Source: Octopus vulgaris (lineage: Eukaryota). From it: DNA of 64,000 bases. How positions within the stretch are numbered: position 1 is the first letter of the stretch; every line of letters starts with the position of its first letter. The notes below the pieces were generated by a model, which did no database searches, was not told where the DNA came from, and saw only the letters and a program-made list of their open reading frames with translations. This document shows, one piece after another, positions 1-13,085 of this stretch. The stretch covers positions 6,386,001 to 6,450,000 of the forward strand of contig OX597818.1 of NCBI GenBank assembly GCA_951406725.2, given 5' to 3'. Made by a program: the position numbers and the translations under genes.

Positions 1-2568
1 AAGTAAGAAGTGATTTCGTTGTTATGGCCTTTTGGAAAGATATAAGCCGTACAATAATAACTATCCGGACCGATTTTGGCCACTTTTTTTTAAACTTTAA
101 AACCATGGGAAGAGCATTTCTGATAAAAAAAAATGTAAATATATTCAGAGGAAAAGGTGAAAAATTCAAGTGAGATTTGGCTGTTGTTTCTAGCACAACC
201 CAAGCCACCCTCCGTTTTCACTTTCACATGTATCGATGTTTTTCCATATTTTTCTCCGATTAAACATATTTTATGGAATGATGATGCCGAAGTAACTCCT
301 GCGTGGTCCATTGGTGGAATATAGGCAAAAAAACAAAGAGTTCTCAAACGTTTTACCCCCACCTAAATCAAGTGAAGCCGTATGTGTAAGAAAATAAATT
401 TTCTGACAGAAAGGTATGCTATTAAAATGTATTATCTTTTACGTAACTTTTTACGTAAATGCCAGCGAGGACCTTCTCAGTCTTTCGAATATTTGAAATT
501 ATATACAGGAACACCGGGTCAGGGATTGGGGCTTGACAAAAAACTTATTTTTTCAAATTTCATTTTCTATAGCATATAAATGGATTTATGGGGAGAAAAA
601 TATTGAACAACATCAATACATGCAAGATTGATGTAACAAGGAGGGTTGCCTTGGGATATGCTAGAAACAACAACCAAATCTCCATTAAATAACTCACTCT
701 TAACTCTGAATATGTTAATATATGTTTTTTTTACCGAAAATCTGTTTTGAAGTCCCCAAAAAGTTCGCCAAAATAGGTCTGGAGAGGAATGATTATGGTG
801 CGGGGATGTGGCTAAAAGAAATGGGGAAAATCTTCGTCTAAAAAGAGTAGTTCCAACTTATTTTATCTTCCTCATACGAAACTCCACTCACCACCCCTGA
901 GACAAAATTTTCCTCCCAAATTTCTTTATAATCGTAATCTACGTTGTTTGAAAATGATTTGTATAAACTTTCAGTAAAATATATCCATTTACTTGAAAGT
1001 GATGGGGGGAAAAATTCAGATCGTGCAAATTTTCCGAAACTCCTCTCTCCGCCATCTCGGAAAAATACTTTCCCATAGATCCCTATGGACTCTAAAACCA
1101 CAACATCTAAGCGGTATTTGTAGAAAATTTCGTTAAAGACTATCAAATTTTTCTGGATGTTAAGTGGTCAGAATTTCAGGGCGTACGAGGGACGTTCAAT
1201 AAGTAATGCCTCTGACCCACTTGCAGTTGTTTGATCTAGCTGAAATTTTGCATGTGCAAACATTTATATCTTTATAGAGTACGTGGAAAATTACAGCTCT
1301 GAATTTTGCATATGCAATTATTTATATCTCTATAGATTAAGTAGCAAATTACAGCTCTGAACTAATTGTGGTTTCTGATTTACAGGTGTTTGAACCGAGT
1401 CAAGTGTGAAATGGAGCCTGTTAAGTGTCGAGCAGTGATCCGGTTTTTGTATTTGAAAAGACGCACACCACGGGAGACTTTTGATGAAATGAAAGTAACT
1501 TATGGTGATGATGCCCCATCATATGACCTTGTAAAACGCTGGCATCGTGAATTCAAACATGGTCGGAACTCTGTGGAAACAGCTCCCAGATCTGGTCTCC
1601 TCCTTCTGTCATTGATGAGGCATCTGTCCGTCAAGTTGAGGCTGCGATTTTGGAAGATCGACCCATAATTATTCGCCAAATAGCCCATGAGGTCAAGATT
1701 AGTACCGGGTCTGTGGAAACTATCATTCATGACCATTTGCATATGCAAAAGTTGTCTGCCAGATGGACTCCCAGGCTACTCGCGCCTTTCCAGAAGCAAG
1801 AACGCGTCGAGTGCTCGAGGGTGAATTTGGAGATGTGCCAAGAAGATGAGTCAAAATTGTTCAAAAGACTGATTACACAGGATGAAACCTAGCTCCATCA
1901 CGATGATCCAGAGACCAAAGCCCAGTCAATGCAGTGGAAGCACCGTGACTCACCCCCTCCAAAGAAGGCAAGGGTGCAGCCTTCCGCTGGCAAGGTCATG
2001 CTCACAGTCTTCTGGGACCAGGACGGAGTAGTGATGACAGATTCCCTGGCAAAGGGTACCACAATTACAGGAGCCTATTATGCTTCACTTTTGAGGAAAT
2101 TAAGAGAAGTTATCAAAATCAAGAGGCGGGGCAAGATCAGCAAAGGCATCCTCCTCCTGCAGGACAACGCTCCGGTCCACAACTCACGTGTCGCCAGATC
2201 AGAAGCACAGGCGTGCAGCTATGAACTCCTCCCCATCCCCCCTTTTTTCCTGACCTTGCACCCTCTGATTTTCACCTCTTCCCAATCATGAAGTTGTTTT
2301 TGAAAATAAAGCGTTTCCCAGATGATGCAGCCTTGATTCTGAAGTCACGTTGAATTTGGAGGACCAAGCTGGGTTCTTCTACAAAAACGGTCTCCAGAGC
2401 CGCATCAAACGATGGGAGAAATGCGTAACTCTGAGTGGTTCCTATGTAGAAAAAGACTAATAACTGTGCCAAGTTTCGCTGCTCTACTGCTATGGGAAGT
2501 TGGTCAGGGGCATTACTTATTGAACGCCCCTTCTATACAACTGTAGTGATGCCCTTTTATGTATACGA
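1..2568 (-). mobile_element. Possible non-autonomous Helitron-like repeat interrupted by mariner copy 1
   Basis: 1-1183 has recurrent AAATTTC/AAATTCAAG-type modules like those in the Helitron at 31884. After the mariner the sequence ends CTTTTATGTATACGA|T, which reads A|TC on the minus strand. No 3' end is in the window. Confidence 0.3.
1186..2533 (+). mobile_element. Full-length mariner (DD34D) DNA transposon, copy 1; transposase pseudogene
   Basis: TA at 1184-85 and 2534-35. TIR CGAGGGACGTTCAATAAGTAATGCC...GGGGCATTACTTATTGAACGCCCC. ORF pieces 1366-2291 carry CRAVIRFL, WTPRLL, TQDET, GKVMLTVFWD and QDNAP, plus a frameshifted PDLAPSD. Contains stops and frameshifts. Confidence 0.95.
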
Positions 2569-2963
2569 TATTTTCATTTCATGTTTATTTATTTTATTGT
2601 TTGCAATGTTTCCTCTCCTCCCTCTCTCTCTGTCTCCTACATAGACACGCACTGCAAAGCTTACTGGTGGGCTGCGGAACTGAAAGCTCTATGTTGCTTT
2701 GAGGAGAATATAACAATGGACAAACCTATAATCCCCTACATAGTTGGACTACTATGATGCTTATTAAAAAAAGAGAGATTATCACTGTGATAAAATAATG
2801 AAAGCAAGATTTACTAAGCGAGTGGGCACTGTTATACAAATAAATAATAAGACGTAAAATGTCATTAAAATTGTTAGAACTGGGAATTAAATTTGAAAAT
2901 ATTGTCAATTGGCTAGCAGAAAACCGCCCGAAGGGCGGTCTTTTTCTTAGTACATTATAAATG

Positions 2964-3665
2964 TACTAGAAGGCATCAAAAAGTATCTGCACTTTCGCCA
3001 AACCTTTCTGAACGTTACTCCTATTGTCTTCATCACACGCGTGCTGAAATGCGCTGCACTTGTAGTTAAGTAACGGAGGTCTGATTTTGGTCTGACTTTG
3101 GTCGCCAAGTTTTCTTTCATGTGTAACAGAGTAAACACGGCTGCTTGGCTAGGAGTGTGCACCAAGGAAGAAGAGAGACCAGCGATCCAATTCTGGTGGT
3201 CTGTAAGTGTGTCTGGGACTAAAATTCCTGGTAGGCTTTCAATACACTGTTGGGTAGCACTCAGTCGTGTAGATGTGCCTTGATGTAGATTGAAAAGTTT
3301 AAAGATGGACAAGTGCGAAGCACGAACAGGCGGAATGACGCTCATCAACATTCACCGCTGACGTGAAGATTCAACAATCTCAAGAGATGGTTCTGGCGAA
3401 CCGGCCTGTGACCGTACTATGTCATAGTTCTGCAACTTAGTCATAGTTCTGCGTACGGAACAATCCAGAAGCTTCACAGGAACACCGTGTATTCATTCCA
3501 GTTCTCGCTTGTTCCTTGGACGGCTCAAATGGAAGCTACGTAGACGCGCAAGAAGCGGTACACGAATGGCTGCACGACAAGACGCAAACCTTAGTCTGGG
3601 TGAGATGAGTGCTGAAAGAACTTACCAAAACGCATAAGCGCACTTATGTGGATATTTTAAATGTA
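2964..3665 (+). mobile_element. Decayed, internally deleted mariner of a second family
   Basis: Translation gives GVCTKEEERPAIQFWWS (mariner N-terminus), IEKFKDG, QEMVLANRPVT and C-terminal QEAVHEWLHD. The catalytic core is missing and the ends are approximate. Confidence 0.65.
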
Positions 3666-3781
3666 ATTCCACCACTCCAACTAGCAAGGATAAGATTTAT
3701 TGGAGATAAATAGTCACAGAGGATGCGACCTAGTACATTATTTACAATTGATTGATATTTGTCCTCATCTTGTTTGTTGCT

Positions 3782-3827
3782 AACACAACGTTACGGCCGA
3801 TATACCCTCCAGCCTTCATCGAGTGTC
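3782..3827 (-). ncRNA. Decayed minimal type I hammerhead ribozyme motif in a short interspersed repeat
   Basis: Minus strand reads GACAC-UCGAUGA-A-GGCUGG(AGGGUAUA)UCGGCC-GUAA-CG-UU-GUGUU. Stems I and II and the ACGU palindromic stem III are present. Both core segments are mutated (CUGAUGA to UCGAUGA, GAAA to GUAA). Confidence 0.5.
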
Positions 3828-3874
3828 TTGGGGAAATTTCGAAACTGGGTCCTCATTCCTCAGGTATTTTTCGA

Positions 3875-3876
<2 letters not shown>

Positions 3877-3956
<80 letters not shown>
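3877..3956. repeat. (TTA)n microsatellite; target/tail of Dong copy 1
   Basis: Perfect TTA run abutting the element's 3' end. Confidence 0.97.
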
Positions 3957-3959
<3 letters not shown>

Positions 3960-5530
3960 TAGTTTTATTTTTATAGCGTGCTTTCACTTCACTACCGAGC
4001 GCAGCTCTGTGTGCCTTGGGTATGTGCTGTGATTTGTTGTGATGCTCTGATGGTTATTGTATGGAAAGTGTTCTGCGTAGGATGTGTGCAGTGCCTAGTA
4101 GTGCACTTTTCTGTATGTTATATGTGTTTGTAAGTCCTGGTGTTTTTGTTATGTATTTGTCTGAAAATTTTTTTATCATGCCTAATGCACCTACTATGAT
4201 AGGAATTGTTTCTGTTTTCAGATTCCACATTCTAGTTACCTCTATTTCCAGGTCTTTGTATTTTGAGAGTTTCTCCATTTCTTTTAGAGACACGTTGTCA
4301 TCTGCTGGTATTGATACATCAATTAGAAAGCATTTTTTTCTTCATGATCTCTGACAACTATATCTGGTCTGTTGGCCTTAATTTCTCTATCTGTGTGTAT
4401 CGGCATATCCCAGAGTATGGTTGCTTTCTCGTTTTCTGTGACCTTTTCTGGTGTATGCCTATACCATCTTTTTTCTGTTGTTATTCCATAATGTTGGCAT
4501 AGCTTCCAATGTATGTAGGTTCCAACTCTGTCATGTCTGTGAATATATTCCTTCTTAGCCAGGACTGGGCAGCTAGAGATAATATGATTTATTGTTTCTT
4601 GTCCATCTCCACATATTCTGCAGTTACTTGTAATATTTCTTTTCATTACATGTTTTTGGTAATTTCTGGTGGGGAGGCTTTGGTCTTGTGCTGCAATTAA
4701 AAATACCTCTGTTTCTGCTTTGAGTCCTGAGCTTCTCAACCATTGCTGGGATTTTTCTTTGTCTATTTCTTTTGCGTTTAGTTTAGTGCAGTATTTACCA
4801 TGAAGGGGCTTTTCTTGCCATCGTTTTATCATGGTTCGTTGCTGTTCTATTTTTAGTTTGGATTTCATTTGTTTTATAGCTTTTGTTGTTTCTTCATCAT
4901 CATCTTCTTCTTCTTCTTCGTGTTTATTAGGTGGTATGATTTCTTGTTTGTATTTGTCAGCTTCCTTAAATACTGAGAACAGTTTTTTGTTTTGCTCGTG
5001 TTTTGCTGCTATCTGGATCAGTTTTTTTCCTTCTGAAGTAGATATTTTTGCAGTCCTATGGTGGTTATTTTATAGTAGTTTTCCAGCTATATAAGGCCTC
5101 AACCACCTTCTATACGTTGTATATATAGTCTTTCTATGTCAGATTTTGGGTGATGCATCCTAGATCCTGTCAGTATTTTTCTTGTTTTCCTATCTATTTT
5201 GGACAGTTCAGTTAGTGTCCAGTTAAGGATATTGTAGCTGTAACTTATAAATGGGACAGCTAAAGTGTTGATACCTATTATCTTGTTTTTAGCATTGAGC
5301 TCTGTTTTTAGTATTGATCTAACTCGTCTATAATATTCTTTTTTTATTTTCTCTTTCATTTGTGTGTGTTGTGTCTTATCTAGTTCATGGATTCCTAAGT
5401 ATTTGTAAGTTTGGCTTTGGTCTAATTCTTTTATTTCATTGGTTTTATCTAGTGTGATGTTGTTACTCTTAACTAGTTTTCCTCTTTTCATGGTTACTTT
5501 GGCGCATTTTTCTACTCCAAATTTCATATC
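3957..5530 (-). mobile_element. 5'-truncated R4/Dong-clade non-LTR retrotransposon (RT thumb, CCHC, restriction-like endonuclease), young family copy 1
   Basis: Motifs MKFGVEKCA, YKYLG, HPKSDIERLY, CRICGDGQETINHIISSC, RHD, NRPDIVV, IDVSIP and KEMEKLSKYKDL. The 3' UTR ends ...AAAACTACTG followed by (AAT)n. (TTA)n flanks both sides. Confidence 0.93.
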
Positions 5531-5602
<72 letters not shown>

Positions 5603-5615
5603 CATTATTATTATT

Positions 5616-5695
<80 letters not shown>

Positions 5696-5703
5696 TATTA
5701 TAT
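5531..5703. repeat. (TTA)n microsatellite with TCA interruptions between two Dong elements
   Basis: Seen directly; it produces the poly-I/L/Y pseudo-ORFs. Confidence 0.97.
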
Positions 5704-7700
5704 GTTTGACTTTTGCTTTATATTTGTACAAGTTAGCTGCAATACGTTGTATATATAAAATTTCTACATCAGATTTGGGTGGTGCATCCTAAATCCTGTC
5801 ATTATTTTTCTTGTTATCCTGTCTATTTTGATTCGTTCCTTTAGAATCCTGTTAAGACTATTGTAGCTGTAACTTATAACCGGAACGGCTAAAGTGTTGA
5901 TACCTATTATCTTGTTTTTCGCATTGAGCTCTATTTTCAGTATTAATCTAACTTTTTTACAGTATTCTTTTCTTATTTACTCTTTCATTTGTGTGTGTTG
6001 TAACGTATCTAGTTCATTGATTCCTAATTATTTGTATGTTTGGCTTTGGTCTAATTCTCTTATTTCATTTGCTTTATCTAGTGTGATGTTGGTACTCTTA
6101 ACTAGTATTCCTCTATTCACGGTTGCTCTGGCACATTATTCTAAACCAAATTTCATGTTTATTTCTTTGGTAAATCCATTTAATGCCTGAAGTAAATTAT
6201 TTAGCTCTTTATCATTTGTAGCGTACAGTTTTAAATCATCTATTTGTAAGAGGTGGCTAATTGTTTTGTCGTAAAATTTATATCCACGACCACTTCTGTT
6301 TAGCATGTCAGAACAAGAAGGGAGAGAGTGTGTCTTTCTGGAATTTTCGTTTTCTAATGGGGATGGCTTTGGCTCTCCTGAGTCCCTCTTTTGTCCGGAG
6401 CTGTAGCACTGTCTGCCATTTATACATGGAATGTTTCATGTATTCAATATATTACTGGTGCTACCTTGTTCGTGGCTAGTGTTTCTAGGGTCCATTTGTG
6501 GGGAATACTATCAAAAGTCTTTCGGTAGTCGAATCAGGCTATACTGAAGTCTTTCTTCTTTCTGCACCTGTCTTCAATTATGGCTTTATTGATTATTAGT
6601 TGATCTTTGCAGAAATACGAGCCCTTGTAGCATCCTTTCAGCTCTTCTGGAAACAGGTTGTTTTCTTCCAGATGCTTGCTCATTCTCTGCGATATTATTG
6701 CAGCAAAGGCTTTATAAATTGTAGGGAGACAAGTTATCAGTCTGTAATGTTGTGGGTTTGCCGCTTCAGGAGATTTGGGAAATAAGATAGTTTTCCCTTC
6801 TGTATGCCATTCAGGCATTCTCGCTGGTTCTGGTAGTATTTCATTAAATTTCTCAGCCAGCTTTTATGTATTCCTGTTAGATATTTCAACCAGAAGTTGA
6901 AGTTCTTATCGTGCTCGAGCGCCTTCCAATTGTTTAGTTTTTGCAGTACCTGATTGACGTCTTCAGGTGTTATAGGGGTCCAGAGTTGTTCAGGTGCTGT
7001 GCTCTGATAGATCTTTTCTGAGGTTCTTTCCTCGCCCACCATATTTCTTTCATAAATTCTTCCACTTTTTCTATTGTTGTTGCTTTATTGATCTCTATTT
7101 TATTTTTGCCAAGTTCTTGGCAGATCATTTTGGGGTTGGAGTTGAACTGTTTTTCTTGTTCAAAGAAGCGTTGGCGTCTCATACCGACTGATTCTTTGTG
7201 CTTTGGCGAGGATATCTTACTTTAGCAGTTCTTTTTCTCATCTATACCTTGTTCTAGAATTTTGCATTTACATAGTATTTTCCTTCTCTTTTTGTTACTT
7301 AGTCGTGTTGAGTGTCTACCTATTTCATTAAGGATTGTTTGATCCTTTCTCTTATTTTATATTTTTCTGGATATTATTTATCCACAAGGTATATTTGAGT
7401 AGGGATGCTCCTGTTTGGATGAGTTTGAAAGGGTATTCCGCTTCTTTTGTGACCACAGGGTCCGCTATATATATTATATCATTTAGCCCAATTTTTGAAA
7501 GGTACATGGTTATCATTATCATCTTTATTTACAGTAACCAGTTGAATAAAGTGTTCGATGCAATCGCCCCTAATATAACTCCTCATAAATAATATTAAAA
7601 TTTTAATTTTTGTTAATTTATTTATGATCAGTTATTTCACATATTTGGTATTATGCTGGTTTGATTTGCTTCCTATTGAATTACAATGGTCAAGGAAGAG
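5704..7700 (-). mobile_element. Older R4/Dong-like LINE with RT domain and deleted C-terminus
   Basis: Motifs YRLITCLPTIYK, CKDQLIINK, DYRKTFDSIPH and HLLQIDDLKLYA. 5742-6160 is homologous to copy 1. Many stops. Joined at ~5742 to a short different 3' end next to (TAA)n. Confidence 0.85.
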
Positions 7701-7829
7701 GATTATTTTGAACATTCTCTATGAAAAATATTTTAAACAAATTTTCTATGTTTCATATCAGTTCTCCTGTTGATGTGAGAAGTTACCAGATAATATTTAC
7801 TGAACCTTTAACTTTTTCAAGTATATTTT

Positions 7830-9000
7830 ATCACTCAACCCAGGGTTAAAATGTTATCGGCAAAACCTTCACTTCAACATTTTATATTTCATGTCGGCAT
7901 TATATTCTACAATTTTGACACTACATTATTTCTTTTTATCCTGTCTTTTTACGTTGGTGTCAAAGCGCATGCCACAGTGGTAACAAATATATATTTTGTT
8001 GTTGTCAACGACTAAGAATAGCCAACTCTTCTATTCGGTTTCTGTAGAAAAGTCCCATAGTATCCTCACATTATCATATTGAGGCTTGCATTTTGATTCC
8101 CACATAATGTATTTCAGGGGGTTTTATTGGTGAAAGCAAATACGAACTGTTTGTAGATACTTCACTGTATCATTGCAGCAATTCTATCATGCTTTTAAAT
8201 TTGTATTCATAGAGATATCTGTGAAGGATCCGATACGATATTAATTATGTTTACGTATGACTTATCGCACATTGAATATTTATGCGAGATGTCCTTCTGA
8301 ACATTCATTCTATTGATTCAGTTTGTCAATGGCATTTATTTTCGTGCTGGTAAGATAATCCCTTCAATACTCGTTACCTATAGTCCCCTGTCCTTGATAT
8401 CCCTCACCCCTTTCTTTCAAAATTTACTGCATTCCCCCACGTGTTCGTGTATACTCTTTTGGGCTCTCCTCATACGGATAAAAATCCTTGAATGTATTAT
8501 CCTCGTAAGGACAAACGGCTTTTCGTCTAAGTACGCGCACGCATCTGATTGTGAATGCATATTACTGTTCGTTGTAAGATTTGTCATCATTTTCTCACTT
8601 ATCTGTCTTTAATATTCAGCTCATTCTTTCTCCATTAAATTTTTCTTACACTATATTGGAAATACAGCCTTTAATTCATTGTTTGCAAGTTGTTTCTCGC
8701 ATCCAGTTTGGAGTTTCAAATCGTTTTTATTCTGCGAAATTATTCTTTACTGCGTGTTTCCTTCATTTATACAGTTTTCAATCTGTCACCATCCAGTACT
8801 TCTAGATATTGATGTATTCCTCTTCCACGCTTAATTGATTTATATTCTCACCATTAGACGGATGTATATCATCTAATGGCAGAATAAATCCATCATTTGT
8901 ATGTGTTTTTCTTGCTTCATCTCTTATATTGCACAGTGTTTTCTTCTGTAAGTCATCCCTAAGTCGTAACTAAACGTTCTTATATTTTTTCAGTAACTTG
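7830..9000 (-). mobile_element. Ancient, highly decayed RLE-type (R4/Dong-like) LINE 3' portion
   Basis: Hand translation gives KE*FRRIKTI*NSKLDARN (RT thumb), HDRIAAMI, NVRILWDF and VACAFDTNV (endonuclease region). Confidence 0.6.
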
Positions 9001-10795
9001 TTCACCTGGTTCTTATCTTTCCCGTACACTTTTCGGTTATCATATAGTATGAGGTGTTTGTGTGTATGTGTATGTGTGTGTGTGTGTGTGTGTGTTTGTG
9101 TGTGTGTTTGTGTGTGTGTGATTTCTTATTTTAACGACTTCAGTCATTACTCTCTTCTTTCATTGTATCACTGCCCCAATTCCATTTCCTTCCATGGTGC
9201 ATGTTCTCTAGGCAACTTTACTTCTTTTTCTTATTTACCCTGCTTCCAGTGGAACACTTACCATATACATTTCCTAGAGTCACTGATCTTCATAGTATTC
9301 GCCCTTTTAACCAAATTATGTTCTGAGCCTACCTTTTCCTTTATGTTTTCGTATCACTGCAGCACATACATTTGCTTCTGCTCTTGGTATCTGTATTTTC
9401 TTTCATTGGTACGTTTAACACTCACATTATTTACTTTACTGTTTTTACTTAAAATTTGATTCGATCGACTGATATTTGATTAACTGGTTCTGTGGCAGCA
9501 GATTATTTTCATGGTTATCACGATCGTCTTTATTTATCATTATTTTCAACAATATTATGATAAAAATCATGTTGTTGATGATGATGATGATGATGTTGAT
9601 GATGATGATGATGGCCACAATAACGATGAGAATCATTATTTCTTGTAAAATATCTATGTTTAAAATACATATTGATGTACCTCTAATACGTGCGTGTGCG
9701 TGAGAGAGACTGTGTATGCGTGTGATGTATGACTACTTTTCATCGAATATTTCTCATTTCGAATGATGACTCATCTTTATAGACACAGCAGTAGTAGCGG
9801 TATGACACATTTCATACCGATAGTTGCTTCTGATATAGCTTGTCTTTGTATTTCTTAATAAAAGTATAGCGTTAAGGTGTTTCGACTTCAAAAGTTCCTT
9901 CCTTTCTTTGTTTCATTCCAGCTTCTTTTTACTATTGCCTTTGTGTTTGATGTCTTTTTTATATTTTGGCTTTTTTCTTCACTAAATCGTTCTCTTAAAA
10001 TATGCATTATTTCATTCATTTGGATCTTTCAAAATTATGTATAATACTTATATTTCTTAAGCATTCATTGGCATTCGTACGTAATCGATGTATCTTTATT
10101 TTTATTTTCAGCTTATAATTTACACATTGAATTCTTATATACTTTTTATTTCATTTTTCTCTCTCACATTTATTCTCACACTATGATTCTCATATTCATT
10201 ATATATAAAAATTATTTATGGTATTCTTATACTTGTTTCCGTATACTATTGTTTATATATTAATAACTGATTTGTATGTAATTTCTGATCATTTATAACT
10301 TTTATATCACCATTATTTCAATCGTATCTTCTAATATTTTGTTTTATTTTTCAGGTTTTATAATATGTGCGTATTTTTTCTTCATATTCACTAAGCAGGA
10401 AAACAAAGCAAACTAGATTCTTCGAAAGTATGACAAACTTTACCTGGAAGAAAAATATACGACATTGTATTCGGAAGTGTTTAATTAAAGGAAATTTCTT
10501 CATAAACAATGTTATGAATTGTATATGAATAATAAATCTTGTATCCACATTATATAATACAATTCAGTTGAAAAACCTCCATATGAATCCTCTGTGAACG
10601 TCCTCCCGCTCATACAAACACCAGTCTGCAAGCACAAATAGGTGGATAAGCAAAGAAAATAATTCAAAAACATTCAACTTATTAAACCTACACGAAATCT
10701 AAAATACATGTAAACATTGAACTTACACATCTGCAAGCACTTAGTTATTTAGCATTTAATAAGCTCCGTGTGTGGGGGTGTCCGTCTGTATATAT

Positions 10796-10830
<35 letters not shown>

Positions 10831-10914
10831 AGAAAGAAATCTATGAATGAGGGTGTTACGTAAATAATATTTTCAGGATTAAATAAAACGACAACAAACG
10901 AAAACTATTATATA

Positions 10915-10958
<44 letters not shown>

Positions 10959-10972
10959 CTATATATATATAT

Positions 10973-11004
<32 letters not shown>

Positions 11005-11070
11005 GTATACACATACATATTCTTTTATATATGTATATATATATATACACTTAAAAAACGTGCAGTACAT

Positions 11071-12185
11071 AAACAAACGAGCATATTCTAAATATACAGG
11101 CGAAGAGAAAACACGGAATGTCACATTTTCTTCGTTAGTCATCTGCCAGAGGGTCAAACGCAATTTCAACCATTATCGATAATAGTGATTCCACTCTGGA
11201 GGCACCGACAAGAAACGTGCCGAGAATGAGCCCAAAACAGAACAAAACGAGGCGGGTTCGAGACGAGTGTTAGTGGACTGACGAAGAACAAAACAATAAA
11301 TAGTATAAAGGCTTAGTGCCACAATAGGACAACAAATAATAATGATACTATATATCCAAGAAAAAGCCTTGGGGCTGCAAGACAAGACAAAAGTGGGTAA
11401 CGCGAAGAAGAAAGGAAAACTGTCAAAAATGACTATAGACATGCAAAAATCAGCGCCTTGTGTCGTCACAGGTCACGTGGTAGTGGGAGGAGAGTAATGT
11501 CATATATTCCGTTTGTTCTCTCTTTATCTAATCCTGAAAATATTATTTATGAAACGCACGCACTCATAAAAAATGTTTTACCAATTTGTAGAAATATTCT
11601 TAGAATATGTTTGCACAATTCTGTCTCTTTTCTTTATTTTGCGTCTCTTAATTTTCTTTCTCTCTCCATCTCTTTCTGACCGTCTCTTTTTACGTCTTCC
11701 TCTGTTACCATCCTCCCACTATCACGTGATCAGGGACGACCTAAGACGGTGTTATACTTTTTTGCGTTGCCTTTGACCACACTGCAGAGGTCTTTCTGAG
11801 CTCCTCGCTCTACCGCTCCCGTGTCTATCGTCCTTTAAAACAGACATTATTTCTCCTTCGCATTTTGTCTTGTCTTGCTGCCCCAAGGCCTTTTGCGGTA
11901 TATGTATTGTCATTATTAATTGTTGTCTTCTTGTGGCCCTAAACATTTATTTTATTTATTGTTTTGTCCCTCGTCCGCCCACTAACGGTCTTGGCTCGAG
12001 CCCGTCTCGTTTTATTATGTTTTGGTCCCTCTCCGGGCAAGTTTCTTGTTGATGCCTTCAGAGTGGAATCAATATCATCGATAATGGGTGAAACTGCGTT
12101 TGACCTTCTGGCTGATTACGAACGAAAAAATAGTTACCTGTGTTTTTTCTGTTCGCCTGAGTATTCAGTATATGTTCGTTTGTTT
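11071..12185. repeat. Diverged inverted repeat, arms ~11071-11498 and ~11704-12185, spacer ~205 bp
   Basis: For example CCAGAGGGTCAAACGCAATTTCAACCATTATCGAT matches the reverse complement of ATCGATAATGGGTGAAACTGCGTTTGACCTTCTGG, and GGTCACGTGGTAGTGGGAGG matches that of CCTCCCACTATCACGTGATC. Confidence 0.85.
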
Positions 12186-12274
12186 GAAGTATATATATAG
12201 GTACGTCATATTTTCCGATTGATGTCCTTTTATATAATCATAGATCTATATTTCCGTTGATGTCCTTTTATATA

Positions 12275-12328
<54 letters not shown>

Positions 12329-12379
12329 GAGCAAAGATACCCGACTTTGTTCAGTATTAAAATGGCATATTTTTTTTAT

Positions 12380-12540
12380 TGCTTTACTTGGTTCGGTCAT
12401 ATGACTGCGGCCACACTGGAGCACGGCCACTGGTCGAACAAATCGACCACAGGATTTATTCTTTGTTAGCTTTGTACGTATTCTTTCAGTGTCTTTTACC
12501 GAACCGCTAAGTTGTGGGAATATAAACAGAGCAACATATA
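12380..12540 (-). mobile_element. SINE 3' fragment (same family as 23228-23575)
   Basis: Shares GACTGCGGCCAC/ATGCTGGAG..., AAATCGACC and CCGCTAAGTT blocks with 12910-13085 and with the reverse complement of 23430-23575. Confidence 0.65.
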
Positions 12541-12811
12541 ATACACACTGAACATGAAATCATTAATCATATACGACTAAATCTTTTTTAAAGGAATTCC
12601 TATGTTCATTCCATAGATTTTGAAGCCTGTGGATATTTACTGAAGTTGTTGGACAGCGTGAGGCTTTGTTGATATAATACTGTATTTCATATTTAAGAGA
12701 AAATAATATACCTTGTATTAACTTATATAATTTGTATTAATCTCAATTGGTTTTCCACGGTAGATACTTGATAAATCTTATGCAGATTTTATCCTTATAT
12801 TATTATATATA

Positions 12812-12848
<37 letters not shown>

Positions 12849-12909
12849 GTTTATATATGTATATAATATATACAGACACACATACACACACACACACACA
12901 CACACATAT

Positions 12910-13085
12910 TACTCTTTTAATCTGCTTCTTGCCTCATTCATTTGAGTGTAGTCATGCTGGAGTACCGCCTTTTAGGTGAATAAATCGACCGCTAGACTTA
13001 TTCTATGTAACTCTGGTGCTTATTCTATCGATAATTTCTACCGACCCGCTAAGTTTAGGGGAGGTAAACACACCAACATTGGTGC
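12910..13085 (-). mobile_element. SINE 3' fragment
   Basis: Homologous to 12380-12540 and 23430-23575. Confidence 0.65.
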
